Of a DNA stretch of 64,000 bases, positions 53,001 to 64,000 are shown piece by piece. The notes below the pieces were generated by a model. The model was given only the letters and a program-made list of their open reading frames with translations. It was not told where the DNA came from and did no database searches. The stretch covers positions 30,752,001 to 30,816,000 of the forward strand of contig CM060733.1 in assembly GCA_030704615.1 (NCBI GenBank), written 5' to 3'. Both the position numbers and the translations under genes were made by a program. The stretch comes from Takakia lepidozioides (taxonomy: Eukaryota; Plantae; Bryophyta). How positions within the stretch are numbered: position 1 is the stretch's first letter; each line of letters begins with the position of its first letter.

Positions 53001-53162
53001 GGGTGGTACAAGGTGAAAGTCCACGAGATCATGCTTCCAAGTGCTACATTGCCTTGCCCAAATGTGGACGATGCCCCCCCCCAGACCACACTAGCGCACG
53101 TGAAAGGCACGGTGACTCTGTGGCCAGAGAAGAGTATGAGGAAAGGTAAAAGTATCAAGTGA
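50039..53162 (+). pseudogene. Multi-exon CACTA TnpA-like gene with an internal FCP1/NIF HAD-phosphatase-like domain
   Basis: Exon 1 50039-50539 (ERAKLKDKW..YWDKLVAY..SRWGRAG, Ptta-like); exon 50698-50814; exon from 51005; NIF domain to donor at 52143; last exon 52881-53162 (FH..GWYKVKV..LPCP..LWP); frameshift near 51200-51310. Confidence 0.7.
51490..52080 (+). CDS. FCP1/NIF-type HAD phosphatase-like domain
   Basis: KLIVLDLNGILCH, VFPRPQVCEFL, VGIWS, PLFVWSQEEC, KRLSRVW and NTLLVDDSPHK. Confidence 0.85.
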
Positions 53163-54281
53163 CATTTCATGTTTGTAGTCCTTGTTGGGTGTGTAATGAT
53201 ACTCATAGAAGTGTGTATGATACTCACGTTACCAGTTTTGAACATTTGGGCCATGACAGTTTAAGTGATGTCCGGCAATCATGTATGTTGGCATTTAGTC
53301 TTGCTCATATGCAGGTGTGCCGTGACGGTCTCTAATTTGAATGTAATATCACATTTCCTGACTTGTCGTCGTGTCCGTCCACCTTCTATGTGTATATGTG
53401 ATGGTCTTTGGTCTCCCTGTTGCCTCGTCTATTTGGTTCATTAGCGTGATGTTGTGCATGCATCGTGGTCTGTGTTCTCAGTCTCGCCCAGTATCATTGC
53501 TTCTCAATTCCCCCTGCATATGGGTGAACCACTAAAACCAGTAGAATGCATCAGAACCATATTTTCAGCTTAGAATGCAGGTCAGTTGGAACTCACACAA
53601 ACCACTACAAGTGCTCATTTTTCGTGCTTTCCTACTGTAGTGCAACCAACTAGCACAGTGGCAGCGGAGTTGGCCAAAGCAATCCTGAGATAGCACAAGC
53701 ACTCTGCGTCTTTCCACTAGCAGTCGACTCGTCACTGCCATTGCATGGGGACGACGCCACGCGTCGACCCACACACTCTCCACGTGGTCCCCGTGGATTC
53801 GTCTGCCGGAAGTTGTGCAGTTGACTTCGCTAGTGGCTGTTGCGACGTCACATGCAGCACTCCAAGTGATGTGGCCGACTACGATGTGGCATCTTGGGCT
53901 CGTGGCCACGCGGCAGCATTGCCGCTCGTCGCGGTGCCGCCACATCGGCATCCACGTCTGCATCCACGTCCGCGTCCATGTGTCACCGCGCCCCGGGGGA
54001 GTCAGTCCACTCATCCGGAGGGAAAAGTCAAAGTCAACCCAAAAGGTCAGACACACGGGCGGCCCGCCTGGTTACGCCACGTGGTTCTTCAGCATTAATC
54101 GCATTAATCGCTGAGCAGTTGTTCGCGCATCTGCGTCCTTTACCACTCCAATCATTGGATGTCCAACCCAACTACCACGTCTGTTGTAACTAGTCTGTTG
54201 TAACTTCCAGTCGATCCCAGTTTTTTGACTTTTACGACTCAAAATGAGTCGTTACCCCAGTGGTAAATGACACGAATGCTT

Positions 54282-55180
54282 CTAGTGCCTCTTATCCGTT
54301 TCTTGCGAGTTGTCTTCTCTTATCTGTTTGTCTGCCCAGTCTTCAGTGAATGCGTCAAGGCTTTGTGTTTTGGTTTCTTCCTCGCTTTTGTCACCCTCTC
54401 CCATGAATATCTCTTGTTGGCGCTCAAACCTTGCTGAGCTGTAGATGTTGTCCATGCCAATGCATTCTTCTTCACCAAATCCATGTTTTTGCCTTAAATC
54501 CTTGATGTCTTGGCTGGATTTTTGCAGAATAGGCATCCCATCCCCTATTTTGGCCTTCTTTGCACTTCCCCGTGTCAACATGTTGATGTGGGATGTTGTT
54601 GTAGTCTTATTGGAGTGTGATCACTTATATGGTATATCTCGTCCAACTCATCCAGTGCCTCCAGCTCATTATGAGTGAACTGACATGATACTTGTGCTGT
54701 TGGTTGCATCATGTACTCCGTGCTTGGCAATGGGTAAGCTTCTCCTCCTTCCACGTACTCATTGATCACTGCAAAAGGTACTCCATACATCTTCCCTTGA
54801 GGTCCTGCCCCTTTTTTTGCTTCTATGATTGTTTCAGCTTTGCTGAAAGTTTGCCAAGACCCATGTTGGGTTAGTGTGTGACGACTGTGTCTCATGTTAT
54901 TACAGATTTTGCACATTGTTCTTTGTTTGGGCCTTCTGATGCCTTGTCTGATGGACTCAGGTTTGTCAAAATCAACTTGTATCCACTCTGCTTCCATGTT
55001 GTTGCTGTCAGCAGCTTGTTCTTCTGCCAGCTGAACCCCGACAGGGCCTGGGTCTTCCCTTTTGCCCGCATCAGAGCATTTCACAATGTCTGTAGTTGCT
55101 TCATCCTTCCTCAACTCCGCCCTCTCTTTGGCAGGTTGCGCACCTTCACCATCTTTGTTGTTTTGCTTGCGTATCCTCAT
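54282..55180 (-). other. Unknown TE-borne coding remnant with a CxxC-x4-H knuckle-like motif
   Basis: 201-aa and 99-aa overlapping ORFs with coding-like composition; CKICNNMRH. Confidence 0.35.
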
Positions 55181-57559
55181 TGTAGTATTGAATATGCCCT
55201 GTAGGCATTGGCCTTACAAAGCCATTGTGCTCACTCTGGGTTTGGGTCATAGAACTTGGTCTGACCGTTGTCTGTTGATGCATCAGAGACACACCCATGC
55301 TGCTGCTTCCATTCCATCCCTCTGTGTTCTCTTTCCAATCACAGAATCGGCCCTAAATTTCCATGTTGAATTCTGCAAGTTAGCCTGTTGAGTGAATCTA
55401 GTTTGCAGCGAGTTTGATATGATACTGCCGATGTGACAACAGGAAAGTATGTAACAGAGATGAGGAGAAGCTGTGGAATGGATACTTTTGTGACCCCAGT
55501 TAACGGTGAGACAATCGAGGCAAAAAGGTGAATGTCTGTTAGATTACAGAGAGTAACGACGCAATTCAATATAGAAGCGAACGTCTGGTGGCAATAACTG
55601 CCTAAACCAGAATTATACTACATTCCAGCACACATGTAAATGGTCGGATGATAACTCGGAATCCCAGTTGGAGATAATGAGACGAATACATGACTATCTT
55701 GCGAGTTTCAACTTTCTTGGAGGTAGTTTCCAGTTTCTCTAGTGTCACAACTGCCTTCAAGCTGGATTTAGAGGAATTAAGTCCCACTCGCAAATGCAGA
55801 ATGTCTCCCTCATCTGCGTGGGCAAAATTGGGTTTGGCATGATATGATTGTAGTTCACAACCAAAGGGCATATTCTTCAGCCTTGACGTCTTTGCGATCT
55901 TCTTCTGTGACGCCTTCTGCATAACTTGTGAAATGGAAAAGCAGCTACACATCAAATTATTGCGATGCCACTCAATGGCACTATGAACGTTTCGAGCATG
56001 TTGTCAGAAAACTAGACGGGCAAAAACCCAATTCAGCAGCCTCACCTTGCGTGGATACTTGGGAATTGATGTCAGAAGGGCATGCCCGTATGCGCGCTCC
56101 ATCGTGCCTCCATCCAGCACATTCTGTAAATGATGAATGACCAAGACCCCGATGTCACACCGTTCTGAGAAGCCACTACGCGCGCTCACAGTATACGAAG
56201 GCCTTGCCGTGTCAGGATTTCCATTCCCACGTCCCGCCATGTCCGACGCAGCACTTGCATCCTTGTCTCTGCCAGGTGGAGGCAGCACGTATTAAAATAT
56301 CTATTCCCCCAAGGCCACATTTTGTTTACCTCTTTTTGTGAAGGCCACGTCAGCAAATGTGCTGCCGAGTCATGGGTGCAATGAATGCACAGTGGTTCAT
56401 GGAGTCGTTGAGTCGACTACATATTCACTTTAATGAATAAATATCTTTATTCCATTAATCGAATTAGGAAAGAAAATTTGTAGTCGCATGTGCAGTAATT
56501 ACAACCACTTGTAATTTTGGCTTTTTCAAATTTTATGTATTTACGCAATTCGTAAAATAGCCCGGAATTCTGCTACGACTCCGGAGTCGTTGACCCCACT
56601 TCTGTCCGCCGTCTGAAATGCCCCCGTGGGCCTACATTGTCTGTTTCGACTCTCCAATAGTCCTGTTTACTACCAAGTGGTTCCCGGAGTGGTCGCGGAC
56701 ATGCAGTCGAATCGGAAAAGACACGAATGCTTCTAATGAGGGAAAAACAAAGTGAAATGTGCTGAAGGAGGTGCCTTCAGTAGAAGTGCCTGACCTTATC
56801 AATTGTGCCGCTGCTGCTGCCGCTTCCAGTTGACCATCTACCCATGTAGGTTTCTTGTAGCTATCCTTCCACAGGGAATAATAGGTAATGTGGAGCTTGA
56901 AATCCAGCCCTCTTGGATGAATCTGGACCCATACTCTATCCCTGCTCCTTCAGCTATCCATGCCTCTGACAGCCTAGAATTCTACCAGCAAACACCCCAA
57001 CCATACTGGTGTGGAGTTCTTCCCCAAAACACCCCAACCCTACTTATCACAATCTGAAATGCATCTGCTTCTCTGTGTAGTCCAACAGGCATTCGCCTTT
57101 TTGTCTCCATTGTCCCACCATTGACTGGGGTCGGAAAGTGTTCACCCCAAAGCTTCTCCTCACCTCTATTATATGTTTTTGGATACTTCTATGCTACCAC
57201 ACTGGCAGTAACTTGCCAAAGTCACTCCAAACCACCACAGATCTACCCAACGACCTAACTTACAGAATTCAGTATGCATCTTGCGGCCGAGTCTGATGAG
57301 AGGGCAACACAGGCTGAAATAGGTTGAAGAAGAAGGTACCCTACCACATTGTCCTTGACCTGTCCTGACCCATGGAGGATTTGACCGACCATCAACCTAA
57401 AAGGACCTCTTGTGTGTGCTGCTTGTGTCTGTAGTCAGGTAATGTCGGATTGGTCTGTGAGATCGAACCACTACGGCATAGCTGAGTAGTCAGAGATTGA
57501 AACACGCATGCTAAGACCAAGCTGACTCTCCCAAGAACAACGAGCTCGCTTCTCCTCGT

Positions 57560-57650
57560 CTCGTCTCCTCCTCCTCTTCTCCTTCGTGCATCATTTGCTC
57601 AACGCCTCCATCCCACGCCCCTGCATATCCTGCTATCATCGCGTTCCATC
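57560..57650 (-). pseudogene. Tiny PPR fragment
   Basis: WNAMIAGYA...EQMMHEG. Confidence 0.6.
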
Positions 57651-59145
57651 CCTCGGCTATGTGGTGTGGCACAGGAGACAAAAAAACGCCAAGTCCCAAC
57701 CCTCCTTTCTGTTCACGATTACCCTAATGGGCAACCTTATTAGCAATTTTTTAATTTTTTTAAACCTAATGGGCAACCTTATTTGCATTATATGTGCCTT
57801 CAAAATGACACGTGTAGTGATGTAGTCGTATAAATAGAGCTGTGAAACCATCTTCAGTCATGGAGTCATAAGATTCCATGAAACGTCGTCCACGTGTAGT
57901 CAAACATATCACACTAGTCATATAAACCATCCCTGTCATCATGGTCAACAATGTTTGACCAATGCTCCCTAACTTTCCGGAGTCATGTAATGATATCCAT
58001 TACTACAAAGTCATAAAGCTATGACTGTAATGCATTTCAGCGCTCTGTAGTCATCTACCTAGTGCAGTTTTTATGACTCCGCCAAAGCCGTAGTCCTAAA
58101 AACGCTCATCTCTTGTAGTGGACCAGACCAATGAAGCAGGCCAATGGAGCGGATGAACGGCAGCCACATCAGACCCAGCAGATCCATGAAACATACCCAT
58201 ACAACATTTTTGCTGCAGACCCATGGAGTTGGTGTGTTCAGAGCATTGCAAGCAGACCAATGACACTTACTTGTGTTTGTTACGGAGCTCCGCAACTTCA
58301 CTCTCCACTTCAAAGCAGACCTTCTGGTCAGCACTCATGTATACACCAGACTTCGGTTTTTTTGCAACGCCTTTTTTGGGGGAAATTGTTTTTAGCCTCG
58401 GGTCTACCACGCCATCTGATATGTGCTTCTTCCCAGCTCCATTTGATGAAGCAGGTTCCTCCAACTTGTTTTCCAATGCAACAGCCGTCTCCTTCATACC
58501 CTTCCGGAGCTGGCTAGCTCGGCTTCGCAACAAGATTTTGTCCTGGGGTTTATTAACACTCCGTGGTCCCGTTCTAGACGCTTCCTGCACTCCATGGGTC
58601 GAACTGGCCCCTACAATGGGGGTTATCACTATTCGTACACCCTTTGTGCTTGACCCCAAGTTGAGCACCTACGACGGACCACGAGCTGAAACCTTAGACG
58701 CCATAACCTTCACGCGAATATCAAACCACAAAACATCAGTAATGACCACCCAAATGCACTGGAAAAAAAAAAATGGACTGCAAAAATGCAATGGAATCAG
58801 ACCTTTGTGGGCGCTGTGGGTATCTGCAATTGCGCCACTCCTGTGGCAAGTACATCTTCGATTATAGTGACTAGTTCCAGAGAATGAGAAGGGACAGAAA
58901 CATGTGCATGGGTTTCGACAAGGTCTGATGAATGGTCTGCTGTGGGGTTGAACATAAGGAGCACCCTATCAACGGATTGGTCTATTGCCAGTTGTGGGTG
59001 TACAGACGAGTCGGGGTCCACAAAAGTAAGCGGAAAAATGGCCAAAGATGCATCCTCATCTTCAGTAGACCCTGCCTCTAACAGATGGGGAGGGTCACCG
59101 ACCAAGCTGTCACAGTCATAGTCCATAGTTGCATGGGGACAGACA

Positions 59146-59872
59146 AACACTTACCCATCAACTATTGGTACCAGTATGTACTTGCAGGTCTTCAGGTCCT
59201 TCTCCATACGATGCACTGTGAATCCGTGCTCCACCTACGAGCGAACCCGTTCCTAACCTGCACTCCAGTGAATCTTCACTACACTCCAAACCCACGTCGG
59301 CAAAATAACAACATCATTATATGTCTTGACATCGAGATCCTACTGATAAAACCTACACCACAACTCAAGCAATCGGTCTGTAGCCTCGGATTCATGTTTC
59401 TCTAGGGCTTTCAGGTCCTCGGTGGCAATATTGCACTCAAACTGTGGGTCGTTTTCAAAAAGGTACAACATTGTTTTTCCCCCAGAGATATGTGCGTTGA
59501 AAGTGGAGCCAAATCTGGTAGTGAATCTGCACAAACTCAGAAAAAGCCTTTAAGAAGATAGACCACGACAGAACCGGGCTGGCAAACCCAGAAGGACCAC
59601 ACCCAGAAGGACCAGACCTACAACGGATACGGTACCGGACTCAAGGACCAGACCAACGGAGCAGGCCAATGGAGCGGATGAACGGCAGCCACATCAGGCC
59701 CAGCAGACCCATGAAACAGACCCATACAACCTTTTTGCTGCAGACCCATGGAGTTGGTCTGTTCAGAGCATCGCAAGTAGACCAAGGACACATACTTGTG
59801 TTTGTTACGGAGCTCCGCAACTTTGCTCTCCACTTCGAAGCAGACCTTCCGGTCAGCACTCATGTATACACC
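59146..59872 (-). repeat. Partial duplicate of the Ulp1-like gene segment (45366-45863 joined to 58124-58348)
   Basis: Near-identical ORFs MCRFTTRFGSTFNAHIS and GVYMSAD.KVCFEVES occur in both places. Confidence 0.9.
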
Positions 59873-62800
59873 AAACTTCACCTGAGACATTAAAAATGTT
59901 CTTCGAACCTCCTGCACTTTTTTATTCAACTGCACATCTGTATAAAGCGAGAATGTTGCCAGCTGCACAGATGTCGTTGCATCCGATTCATTCAACATCC
60001 ACCATGTAGGATCGATCGTTGTGTGAAACCACCCCCCCCCCCCCCCCCTAAATCCCTTTCCCGTGCTGCAAGGCACCGGTTAGTTTCGGGCATCTCGGGC
60101 AGGTTCCAAAACATTTGATGACGATGACATGGCGATGATGACATGGTGACGATGACGTGGCGAAGATGACGTGGTGACGATGACGAGGCACTCTGGCACC
60201 CTAATCCTGCTCTACGCTAAACTAGCTTCCGACCTTCGGTCGTCGCTAGAATGTTTTTCCATTACACAACAACTGAGATTTTATAGAACGTTCAAGAGTT
60301 GTTACGCAGAAAGTTTCGATGCAAGAGAACACAACTTGGCCGCTGATGTAAAAATGACAGCAGTAGCGAAGATTGTGACATGTGAATGGCTGGTTAGAGC
60401 TCAAGGGATGAGTCACAAATACTGCTGAGATCCAGGCAGAATGGGGAACTTTAGCCTTGGGAAAGATCATGCAAAACTGGTCAAACGCTCAGCCATACGA
60501 TGGAGGTGAGAAAATCACAGTCGAATGTGGGAGAGGATCGTCTTGGGTTGTAGAAGAGAAAGCTTTGAAAGAATTGGACTTGATTCACTGTGGTGCAGCC
60601 GATTGAGAGAGGCATTTCTTGCAAGAGATTACGACAGTCACCAATAGTTTCGGGTTCTCACCAAGGCGAACTAAATTGCCCACCAGTCGAGATGATGAGA
60701 GTGTGGGACAGGGCATGGCAATGGGTGCAAAGGACAGCAGAGATGTACATGGAAGGCCTGCCCCGCCGCGCATTTATGAATTCTTTGACCCAGCTTCTCG
60801 AGTATTTATCTCCTCCTTTTGGTTCCTTCAACTTTCTTTACCTGTAAATTGTTTGCTGCATATGTGTCGAAATAGCCTGGCTTCTTAGAAAGGCTGTCAG
60901 CTTATCATGGACGATGGGTAGGGAGCAGGGAATATCCACAGCTCAACGGGAGGGAAGCTATGGTTGTGGAAAGAATTGAGGAATTATGTGAAGAAGGGAT
61001 GGCACGGCATGCGGCAATGGCTGTTGATAATCGAGCTCAAATACATCTACACGTATGTACCCTTCAATGATGTACTGAATGGAAGATTTGTAATACAGAC
61101 TAGAAAAAGAAAAACTGACTCCTTTTTGAAGGACAAGGCCTGCAAGAGGGTCATTTTACCCTGCAACACATTCCTTGAGAGCAGCCAAACAGCCTAACAT
61201 GTAGACAGGTTCAAGGTGAAATGTTCCTACTTACTAACGATGTCCTGACCCCAGCCAAGTAAGTAGCTCCTTGATTATGTAGGTGTCTGGAAATTAGCCA
61301 CCCTGAGTTCCTTCCCTTCCTAGTCCTTTTTCCTTTGCATTTATCAACTGGCTATAGTTGGTAACCCAAATTGACATACCCTAATTACTGGGAAGATCAG
61401 ACAGCCTACAAATCCGTTTGGTGTCATGCCAGTAAAGAGAAGCACAGAAGAACAAAACAACTAGTAGAAAGATTGCTGTAAAAGTGATGTACTTCCTGCT
61501 ATGTGTAGGTGACTTGTTTGTTTATATGGTGTTTGGTCTCTCTCTCTCGATTGAGCACATAGGCCAATGTGCCGGGGTTGCTTTTACGTACTGTGCCTTT
61601 GAGGATCTTGCAGCAAACCTGGTGTGGCAGTTTTCTCAAGGCAATCACCAGCACCTGTTATAACACTGCATCAATTAGGATGATAAAGCTTGGTGGTAGA
61701 AGGTTTGAGGGTAAATCAATGTGCTGGGCTTAAAGAGCTATGTTTGACAGCATAGATATTATCCACCTATTACTTTGAAACCAGAAGCAAGCGCACAAAG
61801 ATTTGTAAAGCTGACATGGCATTCCTGGAAGCACCAGTTTACTGTTGTTGAGAATTTCTGAGTGGCAACATAAGTCGTTGGTCAACATGGTCCCCGCACT
61901 AGCAGATCTGCAAATTAAGGACATAAAGCTACCATTCGTGGCAAGGGCCATACCTGGTGCTAAAAGAACTATAATGCCACACTAAGCTACCGGGTGCCAC
62001 ACTAAGCTTTCACTTGGATGTGGGCAGGTCTGGGCTTACTTGGAGAATGCATCTGATCAATTCTGTACCTAGATGCTCACAACAACATGTTAGTGAATTG
62101 TAGCTGATCAGCGTCTCCCTTACCAGTGATTCTCATGTGTTAAGTGTTAACCTTCAAAGTGTCTACGTATACTACCAACACCCTCCTAATCCTGTCCTGG
62201 AGATGGTCTCGTGCAGCCTCTTCACGGTTTTGTCCCCCTTACAAGCATGCTGCCTGGCCCACAATTCTCTCCTCATCTACACCGATGTATAGTAAATTAC
62301 ATAAAATGCGTACACTTGTTGGACTGGAGATGTTATGAAGATAAACAGTGAAGAAGAACTGCTCTACATGTTTTCTTTCCAAAGCAAGAATGTCATCTGA
62401 TGGTCATGATGTGAATGTGGGAGGATAGAGTTGTTGAGTGAGTGTGCTCCAGGATCAGTAGTAGACGGCTTTTTCAGAATTGTGCAACATGCCTCAAATT
62501 GTGTACTAATTACGAAGCTGGAGCTCCAATCCCTAGACGCAGCCATGTGCGATCAAATGCAGCCATCTAACACAGCCACAGGCAGTCAATCACTACAGGG
62601 CTTTCCGGGTGCCAATCTTTTCAGATTATGTGAGATTACCAGGGTAGTGACCCGTACCCTTTCCTGTATTGATTTCGAGACTCCACAATGTTAGCCTCAT
62701 ACTCCTGTCTCAGAGTGTCAAAGTGTTACATGACAAGTTTTTGGTGTGTGCAGGAAACTAGAAACCATGCTTCTTTTCTCTCCTGTTTACAATTTCCTTG

Positions 62801-64000
62801 CTCACGAATCTGACAAAAATATCTTGAAAACAAAACATCAATTTGTTCTAAAATGTGAGTGGAACTTGGCTATTGTACTATGCAGAAAAGAAACTATGAA
62901 CTTGAAAGTTGACAGGAAGACTGTCCTGGAAGCCTGGACTACGTACACTTACCAGATCTTGCACTAATCATGGCCCCCTCATGTCCCTGTACTCTAGTCT
63001 GTGATAATGGACAGTGATAATGGACTCTCAAACCGGACGACCCATCAATATATCATGTGAACAAAAAAGACTGCCCTGTGATACGCTGCCACGTCGCATA
63101 CAATAATTCACCCGTCCCAACATACTGCCAGCTGTCATGTTGCCACCTGCCACCCTTTTCTGTCTTATCTTTTCCCTTAATTTTGTTTTCTATTTTTTTT
63201 CTCCAACTGGACTGTCTTATTTGTTGTCAGCCAGTAATTTTCAAGTAAATAAATGAATGTAAGGCGTCGCCCTGTCAAATGGAGGTCGGCCCGAGACGGT
63301 CGCCCGACCTGTGTAAATAGCCGGCGACCCGAAGTTTGAAAGGCTGGCGGGAAGGGCGACAGAACGCGGGGCGGGGCATCGATCGGCACCGCATCTGCAC
63401 GAGGGGGCATTCAGCTCCCCGTGTGTGTGGGATTCTGAGCTGTGCCATGATGGACAAATCCACGATCTTTGCTTGTATCTAGTTATTGTCGGGAGTTTGT
63501 GTGGTTGATTTGATGTGCGCAGGGGCAAGCAGCTGTAGCTAGAGCTGGTTTGCGGACAGAACATGCGTACACTGGACCCGCTTTTTAGTGCCTGCTACGG
63601 GGGAGTGGCGTCGGGGGATACATTTTATGTAAGAACATCTCCGCTTCTTGTTTCTTCCCGTTGCAGATTTAAAAGCCATCGCTGGAACTGGCGTATGCCC
63701 TTGGGCTTGTTTGGAGGATGCAGTACATAGCTGGCATGGCTTGAATGCGAGGGATTTGTCATGTCATGTCTCAAGTCAACATCCAAGCTTGTGATCACCA
63801 GGAGAAACTTTTCCAAGGCAGATGTTTTGGAGTGTGGATTGTTGGTGGGAGTTGCACAAGTAATGCATGCGATGTAACGTCCATCTGGTGTGCGGTGCCT
63901 ACTTGCGACGCATTGCAGTAGGTTTCTTTGTAATCTGACCGCGGATTTGCACCTCATGGTTTTATAGTGAGCTCACCACACTTCATTTACTCCAAGAGCA

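Larger units (their letters stand above)
45864..58120. mobile_element. 12.3-kb CACTA (En/Spm) element, apparently non-autonomous, with captured fragments
   Basis: TIR CACTACAA(C/G)AGATGAGCGTTTTTA, GAC TSD at 45861-45863 and 58121-58123, subterminal ATGACT/AGTCAT motifs; empty-site sequence visible in the duplicate at ~59620-59670. Confidence 0.92.

Noticed and set aside
53603-53642. 40-bp CACTAC...GTAGTG mini-element
   Set aside because: Flanks AAC and CAA do not form a TSD and the inverted match is only 7 bp.
61600-62700. Possible decayed LRR gene on the minus strand (IDLPSNLLPPSF)
   Set aside because: Only one weak motif among many stops; cannot be supported.
63040-64000. Possible transposon end or gene start at the window edge
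   Set aside because: No partner terminus or recognisable domain within the window.

Overview
Eukaryotic, TE-dense window, most likely from a non-seed land plant. The evidence is PLS-class PPR fragments, a plant-type SAE2 fragment with GT-AG introns, TTTAGGG motifs and a PHD-bearing Ty3/Gypsy. From 1-17 kb there are decayed Gypsy, L1 and MULE pieces, a Harbinger-type MITE and an inverted pair of ~1.06 kb LTR-like repeats. From 18-36.5 kb is the main finding: a minus-strand tandem array of three Crinkler-like genes, each a variable N-terminal header exon plus a PD-(D/E)xK nuclease-kinase exon. Their coding exons are very divergent, but their long introns are mosaics of near-identical shared modules. 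These introns carry candidate phase-1 micro-exons and a 277-bp segment that is inverted between two copies. This looks like an intron-based header/effector shuffling system. An intact TTAA piggyBac with a small extra ORF sits inside the array. From 37-60 kb there are a TA-MITE, a SAE2 3' fragment and a Ulp1-carrying MULE. The MULE is interrupted by a 12.3-kb CACTA element (GAC TSD) carrying PPR fragments and a TnpA-like gene with an FCP1/NIF phosphatase-like exon. 60-64 kb is unassigned. All calls come from reading by eye and recalled motifs; no searches were run, and identities are visual estimates.
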